The position numbers and the translations under genes are program-made. Shown here piece by piece: positions 39,442 through 48,715 of a stretch of DNA of 53,894 bases; within the stretch, counting starts at the first letter, position 1, and each line of letters starts with the position of its first letter. A model generated the notes under the pieces. That model searched no databases and was not told where the DNA came from. It worked only from the letters and a program-made list of their open reading frames with translations. Location: positions 1 to 53,894 of IMG/VR virus record IMGVR_UViG_3300020392_000021; one strand, given 5' to 3'. Origin of the DNA: a virus. Taxonomy: Duplodnaviria > Caudoviricetes.

Positions 39442-39473
39442 CAAATATAAGGCAAATATATTAAACTACCAAA
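39442..39473 (-). promoter_or_regulatory. Bacteroidota primary-sigma promoter
   Basis: TTTG-N20-TATATTTG. Confidence 0.75.
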
Positions 39474-39482
39474 TATTTGTAC

Positions 39483-39514
39483 AAAAAAAACCCTATAAAC
39501 TTAATTATAGGGTT
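39483..39514 (-). terminator. Intrinsic terminator
   Basis: AACCCTATAA-ACTTAA-TTATAGGGTT with A-run. Confidence 0.75.
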
Positions 39515-39539
39515 AATTTTTTTAAAAATAAAATGAATG

Positions 39540-40169
39540 TTAACTAACAAATTGTTTTAATGTTCTATATTCTGATTCAGTAAGTGTATTTAATATATTA
39601 CCATATTTTTTACCACTAACTAAATTTTTATTGTTAGAAGTATATCTTTTTAATGTTCTATACTCTGACTCAGTAAGTGTATTTAAGATTTTTTTGTATT
39701 TTTTATTTTCGTTCTGTCCCTCTTTTGGTACTACATTAGGGGAATCAATTTTTTTATTTTGATTTTTAAGGTCATCTAAAATCATTTCTATATTTTTTTC
39801 ACATCTACTTAATCTACCTTCTATATCCTCTGCTTCTTCTTCTTTAATAGTGTCTTCTGAATCGTGATCATCACCTTCTTCCATTTTTTTACAAGAATCA
39901 TACATTTCTTTTATTTCTTCTTCGTTACATTCGGAATATTTTTCACATATTTGTTCTTTTGACATTCCTTCGGAAATACATTTTTTCATTTCGTCCATAG
40001 TTGGTAATTTGGATTCCTCTTCTTTAATTGTGTCTTCTTCTTGTTCTTCCATATCATCCATTTCCATCATGTCATCCATTTCCATAACTTCTTCTTCTTC
40101 TTTGATCAGATTAAGACCCATTAATCTTCTCATATCATTTGTTTCTTTTAATACATGTTTTTTCATCAC
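39540..40169 (-). CDS. Leader-bearing acidic protein with duplicated C-terminal motif
   Basis: MKKHVLKETNDMRRLMGLNLIKEE; ILNTLTESEYRTLK occurs twice. Confidence 0.75.
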   Translation of the reverse strand: MMKKHVLKETNDMRRLMGLNLIKEEEEVMEMDDMMEMDDMEEQEEDTIKEEESKLPTMDEMKKCISEGMSKEQICEKYSECNEEEIKEMYDSCKKMEEGDDHDSEDTIKEEEAEDIEGRLSRCEKNIEMILDDLKNQNKKIDSPNVVPKEGQNENKKYKKILNTLTESEYRTLKRYTSNNKNLVSGKKYGNILNTLTESEYRTLKQFVS

Positions 40170-40468
40170 GATTCTTTTTTACTTTCTTTTTTATTAATCT
40201 TATCTTCTATTCTCTCAATTTGGGTTTCTACAGAAGTATCTATATCATTTAGTATTTTATTAACTTCAGTACCATATTCAGTACTTTTTAACATCTCATT
40301 TAATTCTTTTAACTTAGATATGATTTCTTCAATCCTTCTATTTTTACCAATATTCATACGAGACTGTCTATCCTCCGATAAAAATCTTTTTATCTTATAT
40401 TGTTTAACTATTTCTTTTATTTCAGATTCAGTTAAATTTAATACTTTACCATTTTTTTTGATTTTCAT
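40166..40468 (-). CDS. Leader-bearing small coiled-coil protein
   Basis: MKIKKNGKVLNLTESEIKEIVKQ..FLSE. Confidence 0.75.
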   Translation of the reverse strand: MKIKKNGKVLNLTESEIKEIVKQYKIKRFLSEDRQSRMNIGKNRRIEEIISKLKELNEMLKSTEYGTEVNKILNDIDTSVETQIERIEDKINKKESKKES

Positions 40469-40502
40469 GTGATTAATATTTATTTTTTGTTAATTCAAAA
40501 AA

Positions 40503-41033
40503 TTAGCTTCCCATTTTTCTCATATGTCTTTTAACTTTCCTCATACCTTTTCTGGTTTTGTCTTTAAGTAATTGGATTAGTTTTTGCATTTGTCTTAAAA
40601 ATCTTCCCGCTTTAGCTTTTGATTTAGGGTTTTTGATTTTTGAAATCAGTTTATCTAAAGGACCTTGACCATCAGAACCTACTTTTTGTTCGTGTAATCT
40701 TTGTTCGTTAAATAAACCAGTGAACCAATCACCTACTTCTTCTGCTGCATCAACAATTTCATTACCCATTGTCTCAAATCCTCTACCTACTTCTTGCCAA
40801 TTTTTCTTTGATGTTAAGAAGTCACCTAATTTTGCAAAGCTACTAGGAATTTCTGAAGTTTCGCTTGCGGCGTCTTTAATATCATTCCATATATATTTAG
40901 CACCTCTAGTAAACTCATCCCAAAATGAAGGTGGTGTATATGTATCTTCTTGTTCAGTTAATATTCTTTTTACAATTCTTTTAAGATCAGATTCAGTTAA
41001 TCTAATTACTTGTCCATTCTTTTTAATATTCAT
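40503..41033 (-). CDS. Leader-bearing hypothetical protein
   Basis: MNIKKNGQVIRLTESDLKRIVKRILTEQ; amphipathic Trp-containing helices. Confidence 0.75.
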   Translation of the reverse strand: MNIKKNGQVIRLTESDLKRIVKRILTEQEDTYTPPSFWDEFTRGAKYIWNDIKDAASETSEIPSSFAKLGDFLTSKKNWQEVGRGFETMGNEIVDAAEEVGDWFTGLFNEQRLHEQKVGSDGQGPLDKLISKIKNPKSKAKAGRFLRQMQKLIQLLKDKTRKGMRKVKRHMRKMGS

Positions 41034-41131
41034 TTTATTTTATTTTATAATATATTATTTGTTTTTATATAAATATAGAGAAATAACAAAAAATTACATT
41101 TTTGTGACAACAACAATATTTATTAGTGAAA

Positions 41132-41446
41132 ATGAAAGTGAAAGGTAAAAATTATAGACCCCTACCTAGTTATTTAACTATACAAAAATCAACTATCGAA
41201 GGTTTAGGTTTATTTGCGATAGAATCTATTTCTGCAAATACCAATTTAGGTATTTCACATGTACACCATATAGACTATGAGGATGACTATATAAGAACAC
41301 CATTAGGTGGGTTTATTAACCATTCTAACACACCTAATTGTGATATCTATAATGACATAGGTGATTTATATTTAAAAACTATTAAAGACATTAAAAAGGG
41401 AGAAGAATTAACACTTAAATATACATTATACGATCCTACTAATTGA
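41132..41446 (+). CDS. SET-domain protein (lysine methyltransferase-like)
   Basis: STIEGLGLFA, GFINHSNTPNC, DIKKGEELTLKY. Confidence 0.88.
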   Translation: MKVKGKNYRPLPSYLTIQKSTIEGLGLFAIESISANTNLGISHVHHIDYEDDYIRTPLGGFINHSNTPNCDIYNDIGDLYLKTIKDIKKGEELTLKYTLYDPTN

Positions 41447-41487
41447 CTTATTGATTTTTTTATTTTATATTTAAATAAAATTAAGTT

Positions 41488-41748
41488 ATGGGTAGATTAT
41501 TAGACGGTATAGTAAGCTATTATGTAGATGAAGAAATTTTAACTGCAGATGGTTTCGATGATGCAGTCATAGGTATTGACGATAAAACAATGAGAGTAAT
41601 ATACTCAGTTACCAAATGCATTGAAATATTAATGACTGAAATGGATATGGGTATGGAAGAAGCAGTAGAATTCTTCGAATTTAACGTAAAAGGTTCTGAA
41701 TTAGGTGAAAAGACACCTATCTGGTGTGAAGATATGTTAATTGAATAG
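41488..41748 (+). CDS. Conserved-looking phage hypothetical protein
   Basis: ADGFDDAVIG..EEAVEFFEFNVKGS..GEKTPI. Confidence 0.7.
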   Translation: MGRLLDGIVSYYVDEEILTADGFDDAVIGIDDKTMRVIYSVTKCIEILMTEMDMGMEEAVEFFEFNVKGSELGEKTPIWCEDMLIE

Positions 41749-42591
41749 TTCGGGACTTTTTCTCATCAAATCTTCGTCTCTAGTATAGGTAGAACATCCC
41801 TTTTCAAGACAACGTTGGAGAAAATCTCTCCTTTCCCAATAGGCTTTGTCCCCACCAGCGACTTGATTACCGCCCCAAACATATTTTGGACAACCATCAC
41901 AACCATAATCGTCTTTAATAGGTGGTAATCCTTTGATTCTTTTAATACATTCCATAAATGCTTTCCATCTATCCCCAATAGTTTGGGAAGAGGTATTAAT
42001 TTTTTTAATACACATAAATATATCACCACATTGTTCGTCTCTAATATCTACATCTATTTCACCTAATTTAGGTATATCCTCATCACCAGTAATTGGAACG
42101 CCAGGACCATCAATTGGAACGTCTTTACCAGGATTTTCATCATCTATATCATCACATTTACATTGGAAAGGACAAAAATCATCTTTAGATAAACTGATAG
42201 TAAATTTTAAAACTTCACACATTTTATCTAATGTTTTAGGCCCAACTATACCATCAATGGATAATTTATGTGCTCTTTGAAACTCTTCTACCGCTTTTTT
42301 AGTTTCTCTTCTGAATTTACCGTCACAAACCGGCCATTCTTCAATACAACCTTTTTTAATTCCACCACCTTGTGCACCTTCATTAAAACCATTATTACCT
42401 AATAGATGTTGTATTTTTTTAACTATCTCACCATTAGAACCATATTTGGCGTGTCTAATATTACACTTAATTAAACATGTGTCAGTATCACCATTTTCTA
42501 TTCTACCCGCTCTACTTTCGGTTAATAAACCTAAATTTCTTCTGTTAGCTTCGTTTATTGCTTCTCTTTTTAATTTACTTAATCTTCCCAT
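41737..42591 (-). CDS. Leader-bearing peptidoglycan-binding (PG_binding_1), Cys-rich protein
   Basis: Start MGRLSKLKREAINEANRRNLGLLTE-S; GSNGEIVKKIQHLL..DGKFRRETKKAVEEFQRAHKLSIDGIVGPKT. Confidence 0.85.
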   Translation of the reverse strand: MGRLSKLKREAINEANRRNLGLLTESRAGRIENGDTDTCLIKCNIRHAKYGSNGEIVKKIQHLLGNNGFNEGAQGGGIKKGCIEEWPVCDGKFRRETKKAVEEFQRAHKLSIDGIVGPKTLDKMCEVLKFTISLSKDDFCPFQCKCDDIDDENPGKDVPIDGPGVPITGDEDIPKLGEIDVDIRDEQCGDIFMCIKKINTSSQTIGDRWKAFMECIKRIKGLPPIKDDYGCDGCPKYVWGGNQVAGGDKAYWERRDFLQRCLEKGCSTYTRDEDLMRKSPELFN

Positions 42592-42646
42592 TACGAATGT
42601 TTTTTTATATAAATATAATGAAAACATAAAAAAAAATGTCTAATAG

Positions 42647-42678
42647 TTTGGTAGACTGGTTATTTATTTATATATTTG
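42647..42678 (+). promoter_or_regulatory. Bacteroidota primary-sigma promoter
   Basis: TTTG-N20-TATATTTG. Confidence 0.75.
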
Positions 42679-42694
42679 TATAAAATCAAACAAT

Positions 42695-43291
42695 ATGAAA
42701 AAGTTAATCACACTATTATTAGTATTACTAACACTAAACAGTTATAGTCAGTCTAAAGAAGAAATAGAAAATTATTTAGACACTATCATACATTATGTAG
42801 AAGGAAATGATAATAAATATATACCAACCAAATACTCAGAAGATGTTAAGATATATGTAGATGGTGATAAGAAACCTTATTTGTTAACAGAATTAGATAA
42901 AATTATAAACGAATTAAATGATTTAATTACCACAATAAATTTTAGTTTAGTAGAAAGTAAATCTAAATGTAATATGTATATATATTTTGGTGATGTTAAA
43001 GGGTATTCTAAAATAAGTGAAGATGTTTTAAGTAAAAAAAATGTTAACGGTTTTGGTGAAATTTATCCTGATCTAGATTATAATATAATTTATACATCAA
43101 TATTTATCAATATCGGTAAAGTTAAGGACATTAAAAGACAAAAACATGTTCTTAGAGAGGAAGTTACACAATCATTAGGGTTAACTAATGATACTTATCA
43201 ATATTTTGATAGTATGTTTTATCAAGGGTACTCTAATGTTACCGAATATTCTAATTTAGATAAAGAAATAATTAAATTATTTTATAACTAA
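42695..43291 (+). CDS. Secreted DUF2927-like protein, paralogue of 24265..24888
   Basis: MKKLITLLLVLLTLNSYSQ; HVLREEVTQSLGLTNDT..SMFY. Confidence 0.72.
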   Translation: MKKLITLLLVLLTLNSYSQSKEEIENYLDTIIHYVEGNDNKYIPTKYSEDVKIYVDGDKKPYLLTELDKIINELNDLITTINFSLVESKSKCNMYIYFGDVKGYSKISEDVLSKKNVNGFGEIYPDLDYNIIYTSIFINIGKVKDIKRQKHVLREEVTQSLGLTNDTYQYFDSMFYQGYSNVTEYSNLDKEIIKLFYN

Positions 43292-44736
43292 TTTTTATTT
43301 CTTTTATTTTTTCTTTTATTTTTCCTACCCCTTTCATTCTTTGTTTTATTCTTTTTATTCCATTTAAATAATTTTTTCGTCATTCCATCATCTGTGGAAT
43401 GTTTCTTAAGAATATCACAAGCTGCAAAAGTATGTAGTTTAACTACCTTATCATACTTATTAGGTGTACTTACCTCGACCTCTTTTCTTTTATTTAATGA
43501 TGGGATATCTAATTTTATTCTACCAACACCCTCATGACAATCAAAACCACCCTTCTTTTTCCACGGACCTAAATCTATACCATTTTTTCTAAATGTCTTT
43601 TTACACGCTGCAGTAATAACTAATTTACCATCATGTTTACCTATAATATCTTCGTTGAAGAATTCTTTATTATCTCCATCTATAGTTAATTTAAATACGT
43701 TCCTTCTACCCATACCTGGTTTACTACTATTTATAATTAATGCGTTATCCATAATTTTTTTATTATTTAAACTAGCATAATCATAAAGTACACCATCTCT
43801 ACCTGTTCTTTTTAGTTTATAACCATTAGCATAAATTTCATATATTGCGTGATTACAACTGTGTCCTGAACCATCATAAATAACTTCTATAGTAGAATTA
43901 TCAAAGCAAGTCTCAAACAATTCTGGAAGTTCTGGTTCTTCAGGATCTTTAGGGTCTTTAGGATCTTCAGGATCTTTAGGATCTTCAGGATTTTCTTTTT
44001 TAGCAACGCATTTACAATCAGGTTCTTTTAACCATATTGGTTTTTCTGGAGGACAACCACCCTCTGGTTCTTTACATTCATCAGTAATTTCTGTTTTAGG
44101 TACATAACAAATTTTTATTAGAATCTGAACTATCTGACCAGTATTTTTATATTTATCTTTTTTTCTATTCTTGTCCGTTGTACCTCCTGTATCTACAACT
44201 ACACCTTCAGTTTTAGATATTGCATTTTCTAGTACACCATCTTTAAATTTTATCTTCAAAGTATCCAACCCACCAGGACTATTTAATTTTTTAGCGACAT
44301 TATTTGCTCTATCAACTGCTAACTGTTTATTTTTTTTATAGTTACCACTATTTTTTTTATGTTTATATGTTCCTTTAGGTGGGTTTGATTTTCTGTCATT
44401 TGCAACATCTGGTTCTACAGAACCCCCATAATAGTTACTAGCACCACCTTTAACTGAAAATTCTGTTACGAATAAACCTATACCTTTATCAGATAGTTTT
44501 TTTAGTGTGGGATTCCCTTTAATTTTTTGATTTACTGCGTCTAAGAACCCTTTAAATGCGCCTGATCCAGTAGTAACACTAACGGGAAAATTACCAACAT
44601 GACTAACAACTTCACATACAGGTTTGTTCGGTATTTCTTTTTGTTCTAAAATTGGATTTTTGTAATTACCGTTTTGGTAAACCATCAAACCCTTCATTCG
44701 TTTTATTTCCTCGTTTAAAGTATTTCTTTTATTCAT
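43288..44736 (-). CDS. Leader-bearing protein with OmpA-C-like motif and P(E/K)D linker
   Basis: MNKRNTLNEEIKRMKGLM..ILEQ; VKGGASN..NKQLAVDRANNVAKKL; PEDPKDPEDPKDPKDPEEP. Confidence 0.72.
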   Translation of the reverse strand: MNKRNTLNEEIKRMKGLMVYQNGNYKNPILEQKEIPNKPVCEVVSHVGNFPVSVTTGSGAFKGFLDAVNQKIKGNPTLKKLSDKGIGLFVTEFSVKGGASNYYGGSVEPDVANDRKSNPPKGTYKHKKNSGNYKKNKQLAVDRANNVAKKLNSPGGLDTLKIKFKDGVLENAISKTEGVVVDTGGTTDKNRKKDKYKNTGQIVQILIKICYVPKTEITDECKEPEGGCPPEKPIWLKEPDCKCVAKKENPEDPKDPEDPKDPKDPEEPELPELFETCFDNSTIEVIYDGSGHSCNHAIYEIYANGYKLKRTGRDGVLYDYASLNNKKIMDNALIINSSKPGMGRRNVFKLTIDGDNKEFFNEDIIGKHDGKLVITAACKKTFRKNGIDLGPWKKKGGFDCHEGVGRIKLDIPSLNKRKEVEVSTPNKYDKVVKLHTFAACDILKKHSTDDGMTKKLFKWNKKNKTKNERGRKNKRKNKRNKN

Positions 44737-44811
44737 AAATTAATATTATATAATATAAATATATTGATTTTATGAATAATTTTATATATATTATATAAAA
44801 CAGTTAAAGTT

Positions 44812-46077
44812 ATGAGTAAAATTTTATTATTGTTATTATTATTATTACCTGTAATGATTTTAACACAAACACCGTGTGCTACAGATGAATATAATAAACC
44901 CTTTATTGAAGAAAATCCACAAAGGTACGATAAAATAGAAAAAGATATACAAAACTATTTAAGAAGTCCGCAAAAGAAATCAGAAAATAGTTATATAATT
45001 CCAGTTGTAGTTCATATAGTCTATAACGATTGGAGAGAAAATCTTCATGACTCTATAATCTATCAACAATTAAAGGTTTTAAATGATAGATTTAACCTTA
45101 GAAACGCTGATACAGTATTATTAACTGATACCCTACAGAATTGGAAAGGTAATTTTAAAATATCATTTGAGTTGGCACATATTGATCCTGAAGGATATCC
45201 AACTACAGGAATTACAAGAACTAAAACAAATGTTGGTGAATTTTCTTATTATAGTAATAATGTTAAAAAATCAAGTCAAGGAAAAGTGGGTTGGCCAAAC
45301 GACAGATATCTTAATATTTGGATATGCGACCTCTATGATGGATTGATGGGTTATGCACAATTTCCTGGCGGTGAAGACTGGTCGGATGGAGTTGTTGTAG
45401 ATTGGCAAAGTGTTGGGGATAGAGTCTATTCTTGGACTTATCCAATGTTCAATAAATGGGCAAAAGGACATGTCCTTGTTCATGAAATAGGACATTGGTT
45501 AAACCTTCATCATCCTTGGGGAGATTGGGGTCCATGTGGAGAAGACTATATTCCAGAGACAGGTTTACAAGATGGACCTATTTACCCAAGTGCTGAATGT
45601 CCAGATACCCTATTTAGTCAATGTGATACACCAGAAAGGGTGTTTGTAAAACATTATATGGACTATGTAGGTGCAGATTGTATGTGTACTTTTACAAAAA
45701 ATCAAGTTGTTAGAGGTATTGCATCTTTGGAAACCTATAGAATAGATCTATTAAATAATTATGTACCAAAGCCACAGTTAACTGGTTTTGAGAATACGGT
45801 AGTTAGACCATCATTTACTAAAGGTAGAGTTATTTTACAATTTCCAGACTATGAAGGAGAACTACAAATCATAATTTATGATATGTTAGGGAGAATAGTT
45901 TATAGAGAATATACTACATTTCCATTTATTGATATGAGATTAAAATTAACTAACGGTAGTTACTTAATAGATGTACTTAAAAAAAGTGAAAGAGTATTTC
46001 AAAGAAAGATTATAATTAATAGTGCGTCACCATACGGTGCTAGTTTAAAACCAATAATAAATAAAGATAAAATTTAA
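44812..46077 (+). CDS. Secreted M43 (pappalysin/ulilysin-like) zinc metalloprotease with T9SS C-terminal-like sorting domain
   Basis: Signal peptide; pro-peptide Cys (PCATD); IPVVVHIVY, YLNIW, LMGYAQFP, HEIGHWLNLHH, HYMDY Met-turn; IYDMLGRIV..LTNGSYLI..KIII. Confidence 0.85.
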   Translation: MSKILLLLLLLLPVMILTQTPCATDEYNKPFIEENPQRYDKIEKDIQNYLRSPQKKSENSYIIPVVVHIVYNDWRENLHDSIIYQQLKVLNDRFNLRNADTVLLTDTLQNWKGNFKISFELAHIDPEGYPTTGITRTKTNVGEFSYYSNNVKKSSQGKVGWPNDRYLNIWICDLYDGLMGYAQFPGGEDWSDGVVVDWQSVGDRVYSWTYPMFNKWAKGHVLVHEIGHWLNLHHPWGDWGPCGEDYIPETGLQDGPIYPSAECPDTLFSQCDTPERVFVKHYMDYVGADCMCTFTKNQVVRGIASLETYRIDLLNNYVPKPQLTGFENTVVRPSFTKGRVILQFPDYEGELQIIIYDMLGRIVYREYTTFPFIDMRLKLTNGSYLIDVLKKSERVFQRKIIINSASPYGASLKPIINKDKI

Positions 46078-46080
46078 ATT

Positions 46081-46269
46081 ATGGAAAAAATAATAGAAGA
46101 AAAGATGTCAGTAAGATTCCCTAATGAATCATTTTATGATGAAGTGTATAACTTCAATATAAAAGACTTTAATATGGAAAAGAAGTTTTCAGATGAAGTG
46201 TTTGGTTATTGGTGTGGGAGTTATGTAGTAATTAAGAGAGAAGATTACGATAGATTAAGTAAAAATTAA
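46081..46269 (+). CDS. Small hypothetical protein
   Basis: 62-aa ORF immediately after the protease. Confidence 0.6.
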   Translation: MEKIIEEKMSVRFPNESFYDEVYNFNIKDFNMEKKFSDEVFGYWCGSYVVIKREDYDRLSKN

Positions 46270-46443
46270 TCACTTATATTTCCTTATATTACGTATAAGG
46301 GCAATAATATATCCACCCATTACTAATATAGGTAAAAGACCAAGCCATATTATTTGATGTATGTTCATAATTTATAATTAAGAATATAAATATACCCTTA
46401 GTGTAAAAAGTTCGATAAGTAATGTTATGAAATTGTAAATTGT

Positions 46444-47451
46444 TTAATATCCTCTTGTGAATGAGTCCCAGTACTCTTCAGTCTTCTCCCATATCTCACC
46501 CTGTAATGAACCCCAAATACGATTCCATTCACTACCACTGATTCCATACATATCTTCTATGTGATTCATTAAGTCAACATGCCAGTTAGTATTTGGTGAA
46601 CTAATATCATTAGTAAATGCATCGTCTGCAGAAACCGCAGATAAAAAATCATCGTCCCTAATACTAGCGGAATAATCTATCATAGGGAAATAAACAAGTC
46701 CTCTATCAAAGTCCCACACTATTTCTTTAAGAACTCTGTCAGTAACCTTTTCAACGTATGCTAAATCAATACCTTCATCTAATCTAGGTCTGGTTTTATA
46801 AGATAAATCGAAAAACCTCTTAAAGTATTTTTCAAAGATATCATTAAAATACCAATACATTACCTCTTCTATTTCATCAATTTCTGTAATACCAAACATG
46901 TCTAAATATCTGGTGAAAATCTTACCCATAGTAAACTCATCATCAAAATTATCAACCATCTTTTTACAATAGTGTGCACTCAATACAAATACATTTCCTG
47001 TTTGTCTATCGGCAATAAATGGTGTTATAACACTAGCACCAGTTTCATTAAAGGGTTTAGTCTCATCTATCATCGTATCTACAACTTTTTGTAGGAATTC
47101 TGTTTGTTTATCTATTTTAGATTCTCTTAGGTAATCAACATGTACTCTTAGATATGGTGATACATGTTCTTTTTTGGATAGTACCATATTAATAATATGT
47201 TCATCATACTTATCCCAAAATAATTCTTCTATTTCATTATAGGTTAATCCCCAATAATCTTTTAGATAATTTTCTAAACATTCTGGTATATAGTTAAAAT
47301 AAGGTGCTTCACTTCCCCAACGAATACCAACTTGTAAACTTTTACACTTACCATCATATAAGTCTATTTCTTTATAAGATGCATCTCTGAATTTAGTATT
47401 CTTAACTAAATCATTATAAACATATTCTAAATATTCTTTTTGTTTATCCAT
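46444..47451 (-). CDS. Three-module polyprotein-like protein
   Basis: KQKEYLEYVYNDLVKNT..YWGLTYNEIEE; LRE-SKIDKQTEFLQKVVDTMIDET..FGITEIDEIEE; LDE-GIDLAYVEKVTDRVLKEI..MYGISGSE. Confidence 0.78.
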   Translation of the reverse strand: MDKQKEYLEYVYNDLVKNTKFRDASYKEIDLYDGKCKSLQVGIRWGSEAPYFNYIPECLENYLKDYWGLTYNEIEELFWDKYDEHIINMVLSKKEHVSPYLRVHVDYLRESKIDKQTEFLQKVVDTMIDETKPFNETGASVITPFIADRQTGNVFVLSAHYCKKMVDNFDDEFTMGKIFTRYLDMFGITEIDEIEEVMYWYFNDIFEKYFKRFFDLSYKTRPRLDEGIDLAYVEKVTDRVLKEIVWDFDRGLVYFPMIDYSASIRDDDFLSAVSADDAFTNDISSPNTNWHVDLMNHIEDMYGISGSEWNRIWGSLQGEIWEKTEEYWDSFTRGY

Positions 47452-47797
47452 TATCGTTAGGTGTTATCTTAATGGACTTACCATCTATTTCTACTTTAAA
47501 GTCATTTGGAGAAAGGTTTTCGAAATAATCTTTTAAATATTTAATCTTACCGTCTTTTCCCTTCATTGTGGTGGGAACATCCACTTGTCTTACATAAGGT
47601 GGTTTAGGTGGTTTCTTTTCCACCCATTTAACAGTATTTTTATCCGTAGCGTATGCATCGAAATCATCTTTCGTTGTAAACTCCCAATACTTATCACCTT
47701 TACGTTTTCTATAATAGGTGTCACCACCTATGTCTCTTACTTGATATTCGTACTGAGAAACTTCTTCTAATAATATTTTTCTTATTATGTCCCTCAT
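47444..47797 (-). CDS. Leader-bearing hypothetical protein
   Basis: MRDIIRKILLEE. Confidence 0.72.
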   Translation of the reverse strand: MRDIIRKILLEEVSQYEYQVRDIGGDTYYRKRKGDKYWEFTTKDDFDAYATDKNTVKWVEKKPPKPPYVRQVDVPTTMKGKDGKIKYLKDYFENLSPNDFKVEIDGKSIKITPNDNG

Positions 47798-47810
47798 TTA
47801 AATAAATTTA

Positions 47811-48692
47811 TTACAACATAATAGATACGATTGCACCACCTTTAGCAAAACTAATTTTCGCAACTTTACCTTTTCCACTATTATTTGCAGCGTTGTTAAT
47901 TGCATTTACAATATCTTCTCTTTCTTCAGTATCACTACCCATACCTGTTAACCCATCAGTAATAGTATTATTTATAAATCCTTCTAATCCACCGTTGTTT
48001 CTTAATTCATAATCTAAGTCTACAATATCTGAATATGTTTCTAATTCTTTTATTGCGTTTACAATTGATTCTTCATCTTCATGACCCAAATAATCTGCAC
48101 CCCTCATTTTATCACCCACACTACCAATAGATTTTTTATCTAATCCCATAGTTGTAAGTGGACTAATTACGACAAAACCATATCTATCCATATCTCTAGG
48201 TAGTGATCTATTCCTATCATAAATTGGGTTTAAATCACTAGGTTTGTAAGATGAATTACTATTAGTGGTAATTAAGTCTTCTATTACATCTTTAGCCACA
48301 TATTTACCTGTAATATCACCCACAATATCAAATGACATAAAAACTATATCTTTCATTTCTTCCATTCTAGATCTACCTAATTCTGCATTTCTATCTCTAC
48401 TACCAGTAGAGGATGTACCACTACCAATGGTAATGAATTTAGGGATGTTTTTTTCCGCTCTAAATCTTTCTATAGTTGGTAATGATCTCATAATGTCTCT
48501 AGATAAGTGTTGTGCTGCCATTTTTTTATCACTATCAGATATTGTGTCCTTACCCTCTTCAAAAAACATTTGATATCCAACATCTCCTTCACTTTTATCT
48601 ATAACTGGTTCTATACCTAATTTATCTTCACCTAATAATCTTTTATTAGATTCTAATATTAATTCTCTTTTTAATTTTGCTAATCTTCCCAT
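47811..48692 (-). CDS. Leader-bearing protein with OmpA-C-like domain
   Basis: MGRLAKLKRELILESNKRLLGE; FFEEGKDTIS..ITIGSGTSSTGSRDRNAELGRSRMEEMKDIV..DRYGFV. Confidence 0.72.
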   Translation of the reverse strand: MGRLAKLKRELILESNKRLLGEDKLGIEPVIDKSEGDVGYQMFFEEGKDTISDSDKKMAAQHLSRDIMRSLPTIERFRAEKNIPKFITIGSGTSSTGSRDRNAELGRSRMEEMKDIVFMSFDIVGDITGKYVAKDVIEDLITTNSNSSYKPSDLNPIYDRNRSLPRDMDRYGFVVISPLTTMGLDKKSIGSVGDKMRGADYLGHEDEESIVNAIKELETYSDIVDLDYELRNNGGLEGFINNTITDGLTGMGSDTEEREDIVNAINNAANNSGKGKVAKISFAKGGAIVSIML

Positions 48693-48715
48693 TTTACTTT
48701 TTTTATATAAATATG

